Virus record (IMG/VR): IMGVR_UViG_3300037424_001446
Reading direction: 5' to 3' (one strand)
Length of the DNA: 20,000 bases
DNA from: an uncultured virus (IMG/VR IMGVR_UViG_3300037424_001446)
Lineage: Duplodnaviria; Heunggongvirae; Uroviricota; Caudoviricetes
The notes beneath the pieces are model-generated. The model was given only the letters and a program-made list of their open reading frames with translations, made no database searches and was not told the origin of the DNA. The translations under genes and the position numbers were made by a program. This document shows positions 1 through 7,479 of the stretch, piece after piece (the stretch's first letter is position 1; every line of letters begins with the position of its first letter).

Positions 1-1446
1 GTTTTGAAATTTCAGGTTATCCCCCAACTTGGTAATATCTATTCTGGATTCTCGGGGGTTGAAGCGCATGATATAAGTGCGCCCCCAGGGAGTAACGGCT
101 CTGATTTCCTTGAACCGGGCGGCAAGGGCCGTAGTGATATCTTGCTGGCTAAAAGTTGATCCGGCTGTAAATGGATCATTTTCCGTAAAGCCTTCCGGAA
201 TAATGCTTTCTAAGGGCCTGGTTAATCCATGCGAACTGTGAGTAGTCAATAATTGAGGTTGAAAATTCCTGTAATACTCCCCAACAAGCGGATCCTTTAA
301 TAGCACATCCCGGCGCAATTCTGGATTTGCAGGATGATTATGGATCAGGGTTAATTCATTCGCTTCTGAATATTCCCCATCGTTTTCGAAATGGGAATTG
401 GTATATTTATAGATTGTTTCCATGGCAGCCCCGGTTATTTTGATGGTTTTGTTATCGCCATGGTCGCGATATTCGGTTTCACCTTTTGAGTTTAAGAGAT
501 ACAGAATCTCATAAGGCTCTTTGTGAATTTCCCTTTCAATCTCCCGGATCCGCTTTTCCCTGGCATATTCACTTCCGCCAGAGCGCGCCCGGGCCCGCCG
601 TTTGAAGTCGGCTGAGCTGGCCTCGAAGGGATGATAATTCCCATAAGGGCGGGTTTTGCTCAGCCGGCGCATAGTGCGTTTGGCAGCCCCAAAGCTCCCG
701 TATCGATACCCATGGGAAAGCTGATCGTGCTTGCCGGCTAAATGTTTCAACTTGTGGCCCAAAAGAGCTTCCAGCTCACCCTGGATTGCTTCAAATTCCT
801 TATATTGGTACTCGGGAATCTCTCCCCCGATCATCGATTCGGGAATGATCAAAACCATATCCCGGATCTGAAGGGGCTTCCATAACCTGGCGCGCTCCAG
901 GCAGGTTTGGCAATGCTCCGTTTTCACCTCTCGGGTAGCGTTCATCACCCAATAGCAATCATAATCCCCCAACTCTTCCGATAAAACCCGCACATCCCAG
1001 GCGCAAGCGCATAATTGGCCACATTGGGATGTGAGATCTCCGGGCATGGCCGGCAATGGCAGCATTTTTACCGCGCCCTTCCAATAAGGGGCGATTATCC
1101 CCCTGGCGTAGCTGGCAGCCCGCCGATACCATCCCTGCTGGAATTCCCCCTCGGATTGGATCACCAATCCAAAACCGCTCAAATAATCCAACTGAGCGTG
1201 AATGTAAGGGCTGATATTATCACGATCCGTTTGGGTCAAAACGCCCGATTTCTGGCCAGCCATATAAGCCGCGGAATGGAATCGGGTAACCAGGCCGGCA
1301 ATCTCTGTAAGCCACTCTTCCAGGGTCTTTCCGGCCTTCTCCAACTCTTCCACAAGGGTTAGGATTTGATCCGTAAAGGATTCGAGCAACCAGCGCAAAT
1401 CTGGCGGATAACCCGAATAATCGTAATCGGATACATTGGGCGGCAT
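1..1446 (-). CDS. MuF-like head morphogenesis / minor capsid protein with C-terminal JAB/MPN domain (3' partial, at least 482 aa)
   Basis: Hand translation: ATG at 1446, open to position 1 (MPPNVSDYDY...KLGDNLKFQN), immediately downstream of the portal. Contains LPAMPGDLTSQCGQLCACAW (Cys at 1003-1023), EHCQTC (901-918), KHLAGKHDQLSHG (709-747), EPYE (508-519), HNHP (331-342) and FSQQD (139-153). Confidence 0.75.
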   Translation of the reverse strand, partial: MPPNVSDYDYSGYPPDLRWLLESFTDQILTLVEELEKAGKTLEEWLTEIAGLVTRFHSAAYMAGQKSGVLTQTDRDNISPYIHAQLDYLSGFGLVIQSEGEFQQGWYRRAASYARGIIAPYWKGAVKMLPLPAMPGDLTSQCGQLCACAWDVRVLSEELGDYDCYWVMNATREVKTEHCQTCLERARLWKPLQIRDMVLIIPESMIGGEIPEYQYKEFEAIQGELEALLGHKLKHLAGKHDQLSHGYRYGSFGAAKRTMRRLSKTRPYGNYHPFEASSADFKRRARARSGGSEYAREKRIREIEREIHKEPYEILYLLNSKGETEYRDHGDNKTIKITGAAMETIYKYTNSHFENDGEYSEANELTLIHNHPANPELRRDVLLKDPLVGEYYRNFQPQLLTTHSSHGLTRPLESIIPEGFTENDPFTAGSTFSQQDITTALAARFKEIRAVTPWGRTYIMRFNPRESRIDITKLGDNLKFQN

Positions 1447-1449
1447 AGC

Positions 1450-3063
1450 TTACCTCATAAATTTTTCGTTGATCAGCTTTTCCATATTGCCCTGGATAGT
1501 CGCCTTGGCATACAGGTCCGCCGCTTTTTCATCTTCGGATAAAATCAAATCGGCAGTATCCGGAAGCAACTCAATCAATTTTACGCCCGGCTGATCGCTT
1601 GCTTCCTTGAGCCCAAACGGGGTTTTTGGTTTGGCGCCATTACCGCCAGGCTCCGCGGCCGGCTGTTTCCCGGCTGCCGGCTTACCAGCCTGATCGCCCT
1701 CTGCCGGCTCTTCCTGGTTGGGCTCAGCCTGATCTTTGGCGGGAACGGCATCCGCATTCTCGCGCTCTTCATCCGGCTTTTCGTCATCCGAAAGGGACTC
1801 TTCCGGCGTTTGATCTTGAGGCAGGAAGGAACGTGGCAATTCATCTTTATCTACAAGTAGCTGTAATTCTTGCTCCGCCGTGGTTATTTGGGCCGTGATC
1901 CGAGTCTGTGCAACCCCAGCCAATGCCTGACTAACGTCCGCGGCAGCCTTCTTATCTCGCAAGTCGTTTTCGCTAAAGGCGAATTGGGTGCCGCGCCTGG
2001 GCATTACATATTCATTGAAGGCATGGGTGAATGCGCCCACCCAAAATACTAGGCCCTTCCCCTGCCCTTTTTCGTGCAATATCTGGCTTTGGGTGCCTGT
2101 TCCTAGTGCTGTACCGGAAAGCGGTTGGATATCTTGCGGATCCAATCCCAGGGCATCCGCATAGGTCAAGATGGATAGATCGAACTCTTCCTTACGATTG
2201 AACCCCTGGGGTATTTCGGCAAGGGGGATAGTAACTACCTGAGGCGGCTCCCCGGAGGGAACTCCCACGATCACGGCGCCCATATACGCGCTCACGCCGC
2301 GCGCCACTTCCTGGCTTTTGGCGGCTTCCACCGCGCCCTGAAGCTGGTTATCCAATATCCCATTTACAATATGGATCGCCAGGGGGCGCAACCCGGAAAC
2401 TTTTTCGGTAAGAAATTTTTCGATCGATGCCAGCTTATAAATCGCCTGATAAGCTCGGGAAGCTGAGCACATCCCCACCCCATAAAATGTATCTCCCGGA
2501 TCCGGCATATCAGCCAAAGCAAATACTTGATGATCTTTGAGCTCATGGATTCTTTCCTGGCGGTCGCGATACAGAACAGGGATTTTGGGATCCCCGGTCC
2601 TGGTGCAACGGTTGCTATCCAGATGCCTTAATCCCACGATCTTTGAACCGTAAGCCTGGGTAGCGCGAACAATTTCCGTGAAAGCCCCGTTATCCGTGGT
2701 CAGGAAATCCCGAAGATGTTTGGCGAGGTAGCCGCTCGATCCAACCCGGCGTGTGTCGGCTGATAAAAACATTTTCTGATATTCGACCCGCCTGGCCGGC
2801 GAATCGGATATGATCTCCCAACTCTTGGAGGCGCCTTTCGTGATGGCAATCCCTACCGCGCTTGCCCACATGGCTTCATGGTGAATCGTGGCCCTCAAAA
2901 TCACATCCCGCCTCAGGGTCCAATATGGAGGCAACTCCGGAGGCAGCTTAACTAGATGGGCGCCAATCCAGGTCAGGGGTACAACCAGGTGTAAAATATT
3001 TCCGTTTCGAACTACATTTACATCATCGCGGGTTACGGATCTAGTTATTAATTGATCGGTCAT
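1450..3063 (-). CDS. Phage portal protein
   Basis: 537 aa directly downstream of the large terminase with a GGGAG RBS. Portal-like segments include LRDFLTTDNGAFTEIVR, GLRHLDSNRC, YGVG and ADALGLDPQDI, followed by an acidic, Pro-rich low-complexity C-terminal tail. Confidence 0.8.
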   Translation of the reverse strand: MTDQLITRSVTRDDVNVVRNGNILHLVVPLTWIGAHLVKLPPELPPYWTLRRDVILRATIHHEAMWASAVGIAITKGASKSWEIISDSPARRVEYQKMFLSADTRRVGSSGYLAKHLRDFLTTDNGAFTEIVRATQAYGSKIVGLRHLDSNRCTRTGDPKIPVLYRDRQERIHELKDHQVFALADMPDPGDTFYGVGMCSASRAYQAIYKLASIEKFLTEKVSGLRPLAIHIVNGILDNQLQGAVEAAKSQEVARGVSAYMGAVIVGVPSGEPPQVVTIPLAEIPQGFNRKEEFDLSILTYADALGLDPQDIQPLSGTALGTGTQSQILHEKGQGKGLVFWVGAFTHAFNEYVMPRRGTQFAFSENDLRDKKAAADVSQALAGVAQTRITAQITTAEQELQLLVDKDELPRSFLPQDQTPEESLSDDEKPDEERENADAVPAKDQAEPNQEEPAEGDQAGKPAAGKQPAAEPGGNGAKPKTPFGLKEASDQPGVKLIELLPDTADLILSEDEKAADLYAKATIQGNMEKLINEKFMR

Positions 3064-3077
3064 AATGGCACACTCCC

Positions 3078-4535
3078 TTATAATTGCCAGTGGGCAGCTC
3101 TATCGCTGGCCATGCTGGCACAAACCGCCAGATCGATTTTTTTGGCATCGTTACGTTTAATAATTCGCATGGTCTTTTCATCTTCCGTTTTCGCATTGGC
3201 GTTTTTAATGTGGGCATCCAAATCCGGCTCACCCGAATGAAGTAAACGCCGCTCGCGGATCCGGTCATGCAGGGCCTTATCGGCAATCGCCCGGGCCTGG
3301 CCTTGCTGAAAGGGGAAGATATGCACAATAAGATCTTGAGATAATTTCTTCGCCAGGCTGTAAAGCTGGTATGGATCATAAACGAACTCTACTATATTAT
3401 AAGTGCTGATCAGCCGGCGAATCTCTCTTTCCACATCGTTCCAATCGATTTCCCCATGGGAAGGCGGGTACCAGGCGCGGGCATAGCGAGTATGGAAAAC
3501 ATCATTCCCGCCCGCTCCCGTAAGCATATACAGACCAAAGCAATCCCCCGTTATGGCGGCATCCGCGGCCAGGATGGCCGGCAGGTCGCGGGTTAATTCT
3601 GGTATCGCGGCCGGCTGTTTGCAGGCATCCCACCACTCCCCAGGCACAAAAACGCCCACGGAAGAGGTCCATTTATTTTGATGGATCCGTTGGAACTCTT
3701 CCGGGCGGAGGTCAATGGATTCGGTTGCATAATATTCATGGGTTTGCCAGGGGGATCGTGGCTTATCGTTCCATAAAACGAAATGCCGGCTGCGAGGATC
3801 AGCATATACCGGCAAGGGCGGATCGAATTCATTGGCCCAGGGTAGTAGATTCTCGGGTTTTACCGTATCATCATACAGCTTTTCCAGTATTGGGGCCTCC
3901 CCACTATGGCCGGCGTAAGTTTCAACCCAGCGCATGGATTTACCATGCTTGGTGGGCGAAAGCGTCATTTCAGTCCACATCATTTCCGATGCTTTGGTAT
4001 TGGCTGCCCACAACTCCGAGAAGATAATCAGGTCATCATTACCGCCCGCCTCCCCTTTTGGATCAATCGGAAGGGCTTCTATCCTGGCGTTATTGGGTAG
4101 GGTTATGGTGTATCCCGATGGTTTCACCCTGGCAGCTTCTTTCATTTCGGGGTTTAACTCGATGCTCCGCCGCATATAGAACGAAACCCGGGAATCGGCC
4201 TGTTTAAGGTCGTTCGCTACCACTTTTACGCTCCCCCAATCAATGTGCCATGCCATATACAATCCAACTGCCGCGGCAATCGTGGATTTTATAGATTTTT
4301 TGATATCAGACCAAACGACCGTGGAATAAGGTAGATTGCCGGCAGAATCCCGGCTGAAGATGTGCCTGAGGCAGCGTTTTTGATATTCCTGCAGATAGAT
4401 AGGGCCTTTGGTTTCTGGCGCGAAAAAATTGGTTTCAATCCAGTCGGATATATCTACAATGGCCAGCGAATCGGTAGCGGCATTTGGATCAATGCCCCTG
4501 ATTAGCTCCCTCGCTAAAAACCGCTCTAAGGTCAT
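3078..4535 (-). CDS. terL: Terminase large subunit
   Basis: YLQEYQKRCL adenine-binding motif, Walker A-like IKKSIKST, ANDLKQA, Walker B-like LIIFSELW, motif III-like ETYAG, and nuclease-domain motifs AADAAITGD, YDPYQ and KKIDLAVCASMA. Start uncertain (4535, 4571 or 4586). Confidence 0.9.
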   Translation of the reverse strand: MTLERFLARELIRGIDPNAATDSLAIVDISDWIETNFFAPETKGPIYLQEYQKRCLRHIFSRDSAGNLPYSTVVWSDIKKSIKSTIAAAVGLYMAWHIDWGSVKVVANDLKQADSRVSFYMRRSIELNPEMKEAARVKPSGYTITLPNNARIEALPIDPKGEAGGNDDLIIFSELWAANTKASEMMWTEMTLSPTKHGKSMRWVETYAGHSGEAPILEKLYDDTVKPENLLPWANEFDPPLPVYADPRSRHFVLWNDKPRSPWQTHEYYATESIDLRPEEFQRIHQNKWTSSVGVFVPGEWWDACKQPAAIPELTRDLPAILAADAAITGDCFGLYMLTGAGGNDVFHTRYARAWYPPSHGEIDWNDVEREIRRLISTYNIVEFVYDPYQLYSLAKKLSQDLIVHIFPFQQGQARAIADKALHDRIRERRLLHSGEPDLDAHIKNANAKTEDEKTMRIIKRNDAKKIDLAVCASMASDRAAHWQL

Positions 4536-5145
4536 TGGTAATGGCTGAGAGAATGGCTCTATCGGATACATTTTGCCTGATAACATCGATCACGCGGGCG
4601 ATCATAAGCAAGGCCCGTTCTGAAGTGATTGCCTGTTGCATGGCAATCAGCCGTTTTTCTTCTGATTCTACCAGTTTCCGGCGCATTTCCAGGTTGGAGA
4701 TAACCTCCTGCCAGGCTACATAATCATTATAGCCGGTCTGGATAATGGCTTCCAGCTCCGCCAGAGCATTCATATATCGCTTATTTCCGCCCGGGCTGGC
4801 AGCTTTCACAGATTTGAACTTGACCAATACAGCCGGCCAGAGAGCCGTGGGGTTTTCCTTTTCGATCTGTTCCAAAAGGATCTGATTGCGAACATCAACC
4901 AGGCTGATATCTTCCCGGATAGAAAGCAACTCCGGATCGCTCAGCGCGGCGTTATATCTTTGCGCCAGGTTGATCCCCAAAACTTTAGAATAGCGACCGT
5001 GCTTAAAGAGCGGGCTGGCTATCCCAGCCGGAGATAAGCCTCCGTGCAAGCGGCATTTGCCATTGGTCATGGCCCAGCTTCGGCATTTCTTACCGTCTTT
5101 CGTTTTGGCGCCACATCGTTTTGAAGTCATGGGGCCTGCAATCAT
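4489..5145 (-). CDS. Probable terminase small subunit with N-terminal HGGxSTG-type zinc finger
   Basis: CGAKTKDGKKC...CRLHGGLS...FKHGRYSK motif followed by a helical/coiled-coil region, immediately upstream of and overlapping terL. Start may be 5130. Confidence 0.75.
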   Translation of the reverse strand: MIAGPMTSKRCGAKTKDGKKCRSWAMTNGKCRLHGGLSPAGIASPLFKHGRYSKVLGINLAQRYNAALSDPELLSIREDISLVDVRNQILLEQIEKENPTALWPAVLVKFKSVKAASPGGNKRYMNALAELEAIIQTGYNDYVAWQEVISNLEMRRKLVESEEKRLIAMQQAITSERALLMIARVIDVIRQNVSDRAILSAITNDLRAVFSEGANQGH

Positions 5146-5188
5146 ATAGGGATACCGCGATCATATAGGGTATCCTCGGGGTATCCTC
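5141..5188. repeat. Short interlocking direct repeats between the two HGGxSTG genes
   Basis: ATCATATAGGG at 5141-5151 and 5160-5170; GGGTATCCTC at 5168-5177 and 5179-5188. Confidence 0.8.
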
Positions 5189-5190
5189 TA

Positions 5191-5535
5191 TTACTCTTTA
5201 TACAACTCCGGATGCTCATATCTTGAATATTTCCCATGCTTGAAGTTTTTGCTGTTCACTCCCCCGGGGGTCTTTCCGCCGTGTAATTTACAACGACCAT
5301 TCGCCATGGCCCAACTTCGACATAGCTTTCCCGATCTGGTTTTAGCTCCACATAGCTTATGAGCCGGCTCATCTTCCCGATGAAAGTATTTGGAATATTT
5401 CCCATGCTTGAACCTTTTACTGGCTATGCCCTTCAGGGATAATCCCCCATGCATCCGGCAGCGCCCATTTTTCATGGGCAAATTCTGGCATGGATTTCCG
5501 CTTTTTGTTCTGGCGCCACAAATATTTGAACTCAT
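5191..5535 (-). CDS. Tandem double HGGxSTG zinc-finger protein
   Basis: Two copies: CGARTKSGNPC..CRMHGGLS..FKHGKYSKY and CGAKTRSGKLC..CKLHGGKT..FKHGKYSRY. ATG at 5535 is preceded by GGAGGG (5541-5546). Confidence 0.85.
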   Translation of the reverse strand: MSSNICGARTKSGNPCQNLPMKNGRCRMHGGLSLKGIASKRFKHGKYSKYFHREDEPAHKLCGAKTRSGKLCRSWAMANGRCKLHGGKTPGGVNSKNFKHGKYSRYEHPELYKE

Positions 5536-5582
5536 TTCAACCCTCCGTAAGCCTACCAAAAGCCCATCAAAGCAATGAGATT

Positions 5583-5588
5583 ATTATA
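5583..5588 (-). promoter_or_regulatory. Candidate -10 box (TATAAT) of a late/packaging promoter
   Basis: Perfect TATAAT on the minus strand between the terminator and the first packaging-module gene. No consensus -35 at the expected distance. Confidence 0.4.
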
Positions 5589-5595
5589 ACCTGTT

Positions 5596-5632
5596 AAAAG
5601 AAAACCGCCCGGGGCGGGGTGTGCCCGGGCGG
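5596..5632 (-). terminator. Intrinsic terminator ending the leftward early operon
   Basis: 9-bp GC stem CCGCCCGGG (5605-5613) / CCCGGGCGG (5624-5632) with a 10-nt loop, followed on the minus strand by TTTTCTTTT. Confidence 0.7.
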
Positions 5633-5658
5633 CATAACGATCCAACCCCAACGGAGGG

Positions 5659-6045
5659 CTAGGGAAGGTACCCATATTGTAACATAAATGACCAGGCAAT
5701 TACCAGGAAAATCCCCAAACCGATTAAGCAAGATCCCAAAATCACTAAAACCCATACCCCGCCGGAATGTGTTTCAATTGGCTGACCGGGATCCGCTTCA
5801 CTATCTCCCGGAGGAAATACCCCCTCCGGCCAGGTAATGAAAAAGCTCTGCTGGCAATTGCGGCATAACCCCACGATGAAATTTTGCGTTTTATTTTTCT
5901 CTTCCGCGCTCATTTCCTGAATCGTTATTCTGCGACTGCAGCACGATGGGCAGCTAATATATTCCCCTCCATAGACCCGCCCCAACGTGGCGCCAACGCG
6001 CTCTATGTACTTCCGAACGGTACTATTCAGCTCCGGGTATTTCAT
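5659..6045 (-). CDS. Hypothetical zinc-ribbon protein with C-terminal transmembrane helix
   Basis: CPSC and CRNC pairs, hydrophobic C-terminus VWVLVILGSCLIGLGIFLVIAW, GGAGG RBS upstream. Confidence 0.7.
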   Translation of the reverse strand: MKYPELNSTVRKYIERVGATLGRVYGGEYISCPSCCSRRITIQEMSAEEKNKTQNFIVGLCRNCQQSFFITWPEGVFPPGDSEADPGQPIETHSGGVWVLVILGSCLIGLGIFLVIAWSFMLQYGYLP

Positions 6046-6262
6046 TCGATTGTACCTCCCTCAATTTAGATTCTGCCTCAAATAATGCCAGGATCAGCCG
6101 GCTTTCAATGGGTTGGATGGTGTCGGAATACCAGATCTGGTAATCCGCCTCTGAAAGAGCCTGGCGCAACTGCCCCAAAACATCTGCCAGGGCGGCGCGG
6201 GGGCCATCCTTCAAACAGTCTGTATCGATCCTTCCGCGTATGGTCCACCCGGGTTGGGGCAT
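6023..6262 (-). CDS. Hypothetical phage protein
   Basis: 79 aa, TAATG-coupled to the upstream gene, with GAGG RBS. Confidence 0.65.
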   Translation of the reverse strand: MPQPGWTIRGRIDTDCLKDGPRAALADVLGQLRQALSEADYQIWYSDTIQPIESRLILALFEAESKLREVQSNEIPGAE

Positions 6263-6660
6263 TATTTTACCTCTGAAACATCGATTTCAACGGAAACGAA
6301 CTGGCCAGCCTGAAGCATAGCCCCTTTCAGGGCGGATATGCGCTGAGGATTATCGTAATCGATCGCCCAAAACCACCTGGCAGCCATGTATAACGCCTCC
6401 AGGGCTGATCTAACTGCCCGCTCCGTTTCCTTCAAAACCTTGATTTGTTCGGTCAGGGAAATGATCACGATGCCGCGAGCCTTGGCCGTTTGTTGCTGGA
6501 TATCGGCGCGCCTGGCTTCCGCCGCTACTCGCTCTTCCCAATCTTTCAGGCTGCCATCTTTGAGCATCTTCTCCGACTGAGCTTTCAGGCTTAACTTCAA
6601 TTGGGCATTTTCAATCCGTAGCATTTCAATTTGCTCTTCTGAGCTGATTATTTCATCCAT
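6262..6660 (-). CDS. Hypothetical coiled-coil phage protein
   Basis: 132 aa, overlapping operon packing, heptad-rich N-terminal half. Confidence 0.7.
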   Translation of the reverse strand: MDEIISSEEQIEMLRIENAQLKLSLKAQSEKMLKDGSLKDWEERVAAEARRADIQQQTAKARGIVIISLTEQIKVLKETERAVRSALEALYMAARWFWAIDYDNPQRISALKGAMLQAGQFVSVEIDVSEVK

Positions 6661-6854
6661 CGGCTGTTTTTCCTTTGAGATCTAGGCCGGGTTATCCACA
6701 TAAACCCCCATGCGAAAACCAGGAAGATAATCACGCCTGCCGGCACGGATAGGGAAACGGTATCCGGATTGCCCATGCAGATCAGGCCCCCAACCAATGC
6801 CAGGACTAGGGCCATCAAGAAAAGAACGGTAGTAAAAGAGATATTCATTTTCAT
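6648..6854 (-). CDS. Small two-TM membrane protein
   Basis: Two hydrophobic stretches and a basic C-terminus; RBS AAAGGTG. Confidence 0.7.
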   Translation of the reverse strand: MKMNISFTTVLFLMALVLALVGGLICMGNPDTVSLSVPAGVIIFLVFAWGFMWITRPRSQRKNSRWMK

Positions 6855-6861
6855 TCACCTT

Positions 6862-7479
6862 TCATTCCATATAGGGCGGAAATTCGATCCGCCAAACCCT
6901 GGGATTGGTATCCCAGGGATAACCACGTTTGGCATTAATTTCATTCCAAAGCATACAATAGGCATAGCGGTAAGGTAGATTTGCTACACCTTCGGATTTT
7001 GCATCCTCTTCGCTAATATCCTGAAGCCTCTCGGGGCGGATAGATAAGATTGGCAACTCAAAACGGGATGCCCAGCGCGGCATAAAGATAGGTGACCTCC
7101 ATTTACCAAAAAAATCCTTCCGATAATCGGCTGAATGATCATCGGTTGCCTTATACCAAACTTGAGGCCAGGAAAAATCGCCATATTGAATTTCCGAAGG
7201 CTTGAGATGATCCAATGTGTTTACAACTGCCCACGTTTCCCTGACCCATAGGGTATGCCCAGGCTTCCCGTAGGGACAATGAATCCAGGGATCGGGCTGG
7301 TGCCCGCCCGGATAACGAACATGCACAGAAAAATAATCCGGGTCATCAATCCTGACTCCGTACCCCCACACATATTCAGGTTGCGGATTAATCACCCGCC
7401 GCGTTTGGGTTTTGCGCCCATCCATATAAGCGCGCACCATATTCGAACTGAATAGAATGGGATGGCTGGATTTGTTCAT
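6862..7479 (-). CDS. Phage ASCH/PUA-like domain protein
   Basis: Characteristic motifs PILFS..MVRA..DGRKTQTRR, CPYGKPG..LWVRETW, W.SPIFMPRWASR, ERLQDISEEDA..EG and W..NP.VW.IEF. Confidence 0.85.
   Translation of the reverse strand: MNKSSHPILFSSNMVRAYMDGRKTQTRRVINPQPEYVWGYGVRIDDPDYFSVHVRYPGGHQPDPWIHCPYGKPGHTLWVRETWAVVNTLDHLKPSEIQYGDFSWPQVWYKATDDHSADYRKDFFGKWRSPIFMPRWASRFELPILSIRPERLQDISEEDAKSEGVANLPYRYAYCMLWNEINAKRGYPWDTNPRVWRIEFPPYME

Noticed and set aside
1015..1362. Plus-strand 115-aa ORF and other antisense ORFs in the track (e.g. 8981-9412, 10717-11115, 13390-13878, 17446-17922, 19683-19958)
   Set aside because: They lie antisense to longer, motif-bearing genes in tightly packed operons and are most likely shadow ORFs.
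4489..4535. Programmed -1 frameshift fusing TerS to TerL at the GGTTTTT run in their overlap
   Set aside because: TerL is in the +1 frame relative to TerS, so a -1 slip would not fuse them.
5145..5193. Stop-codon readthrough or recoding joining the two in-frame HGGxSTG genes
   Set aside because: Three different stops (TAA, TAG, TGA) intervene, and genes elsewhere use all three stops normally, so there is no sign of an alternative genetic code.
6648..6854. Holin call for the small two-TM proteins (also 15051-15251 and 16153-16383)
   Set aside because: No endolysin nearby and they lie in early-type operons; topology alone is insufficient.
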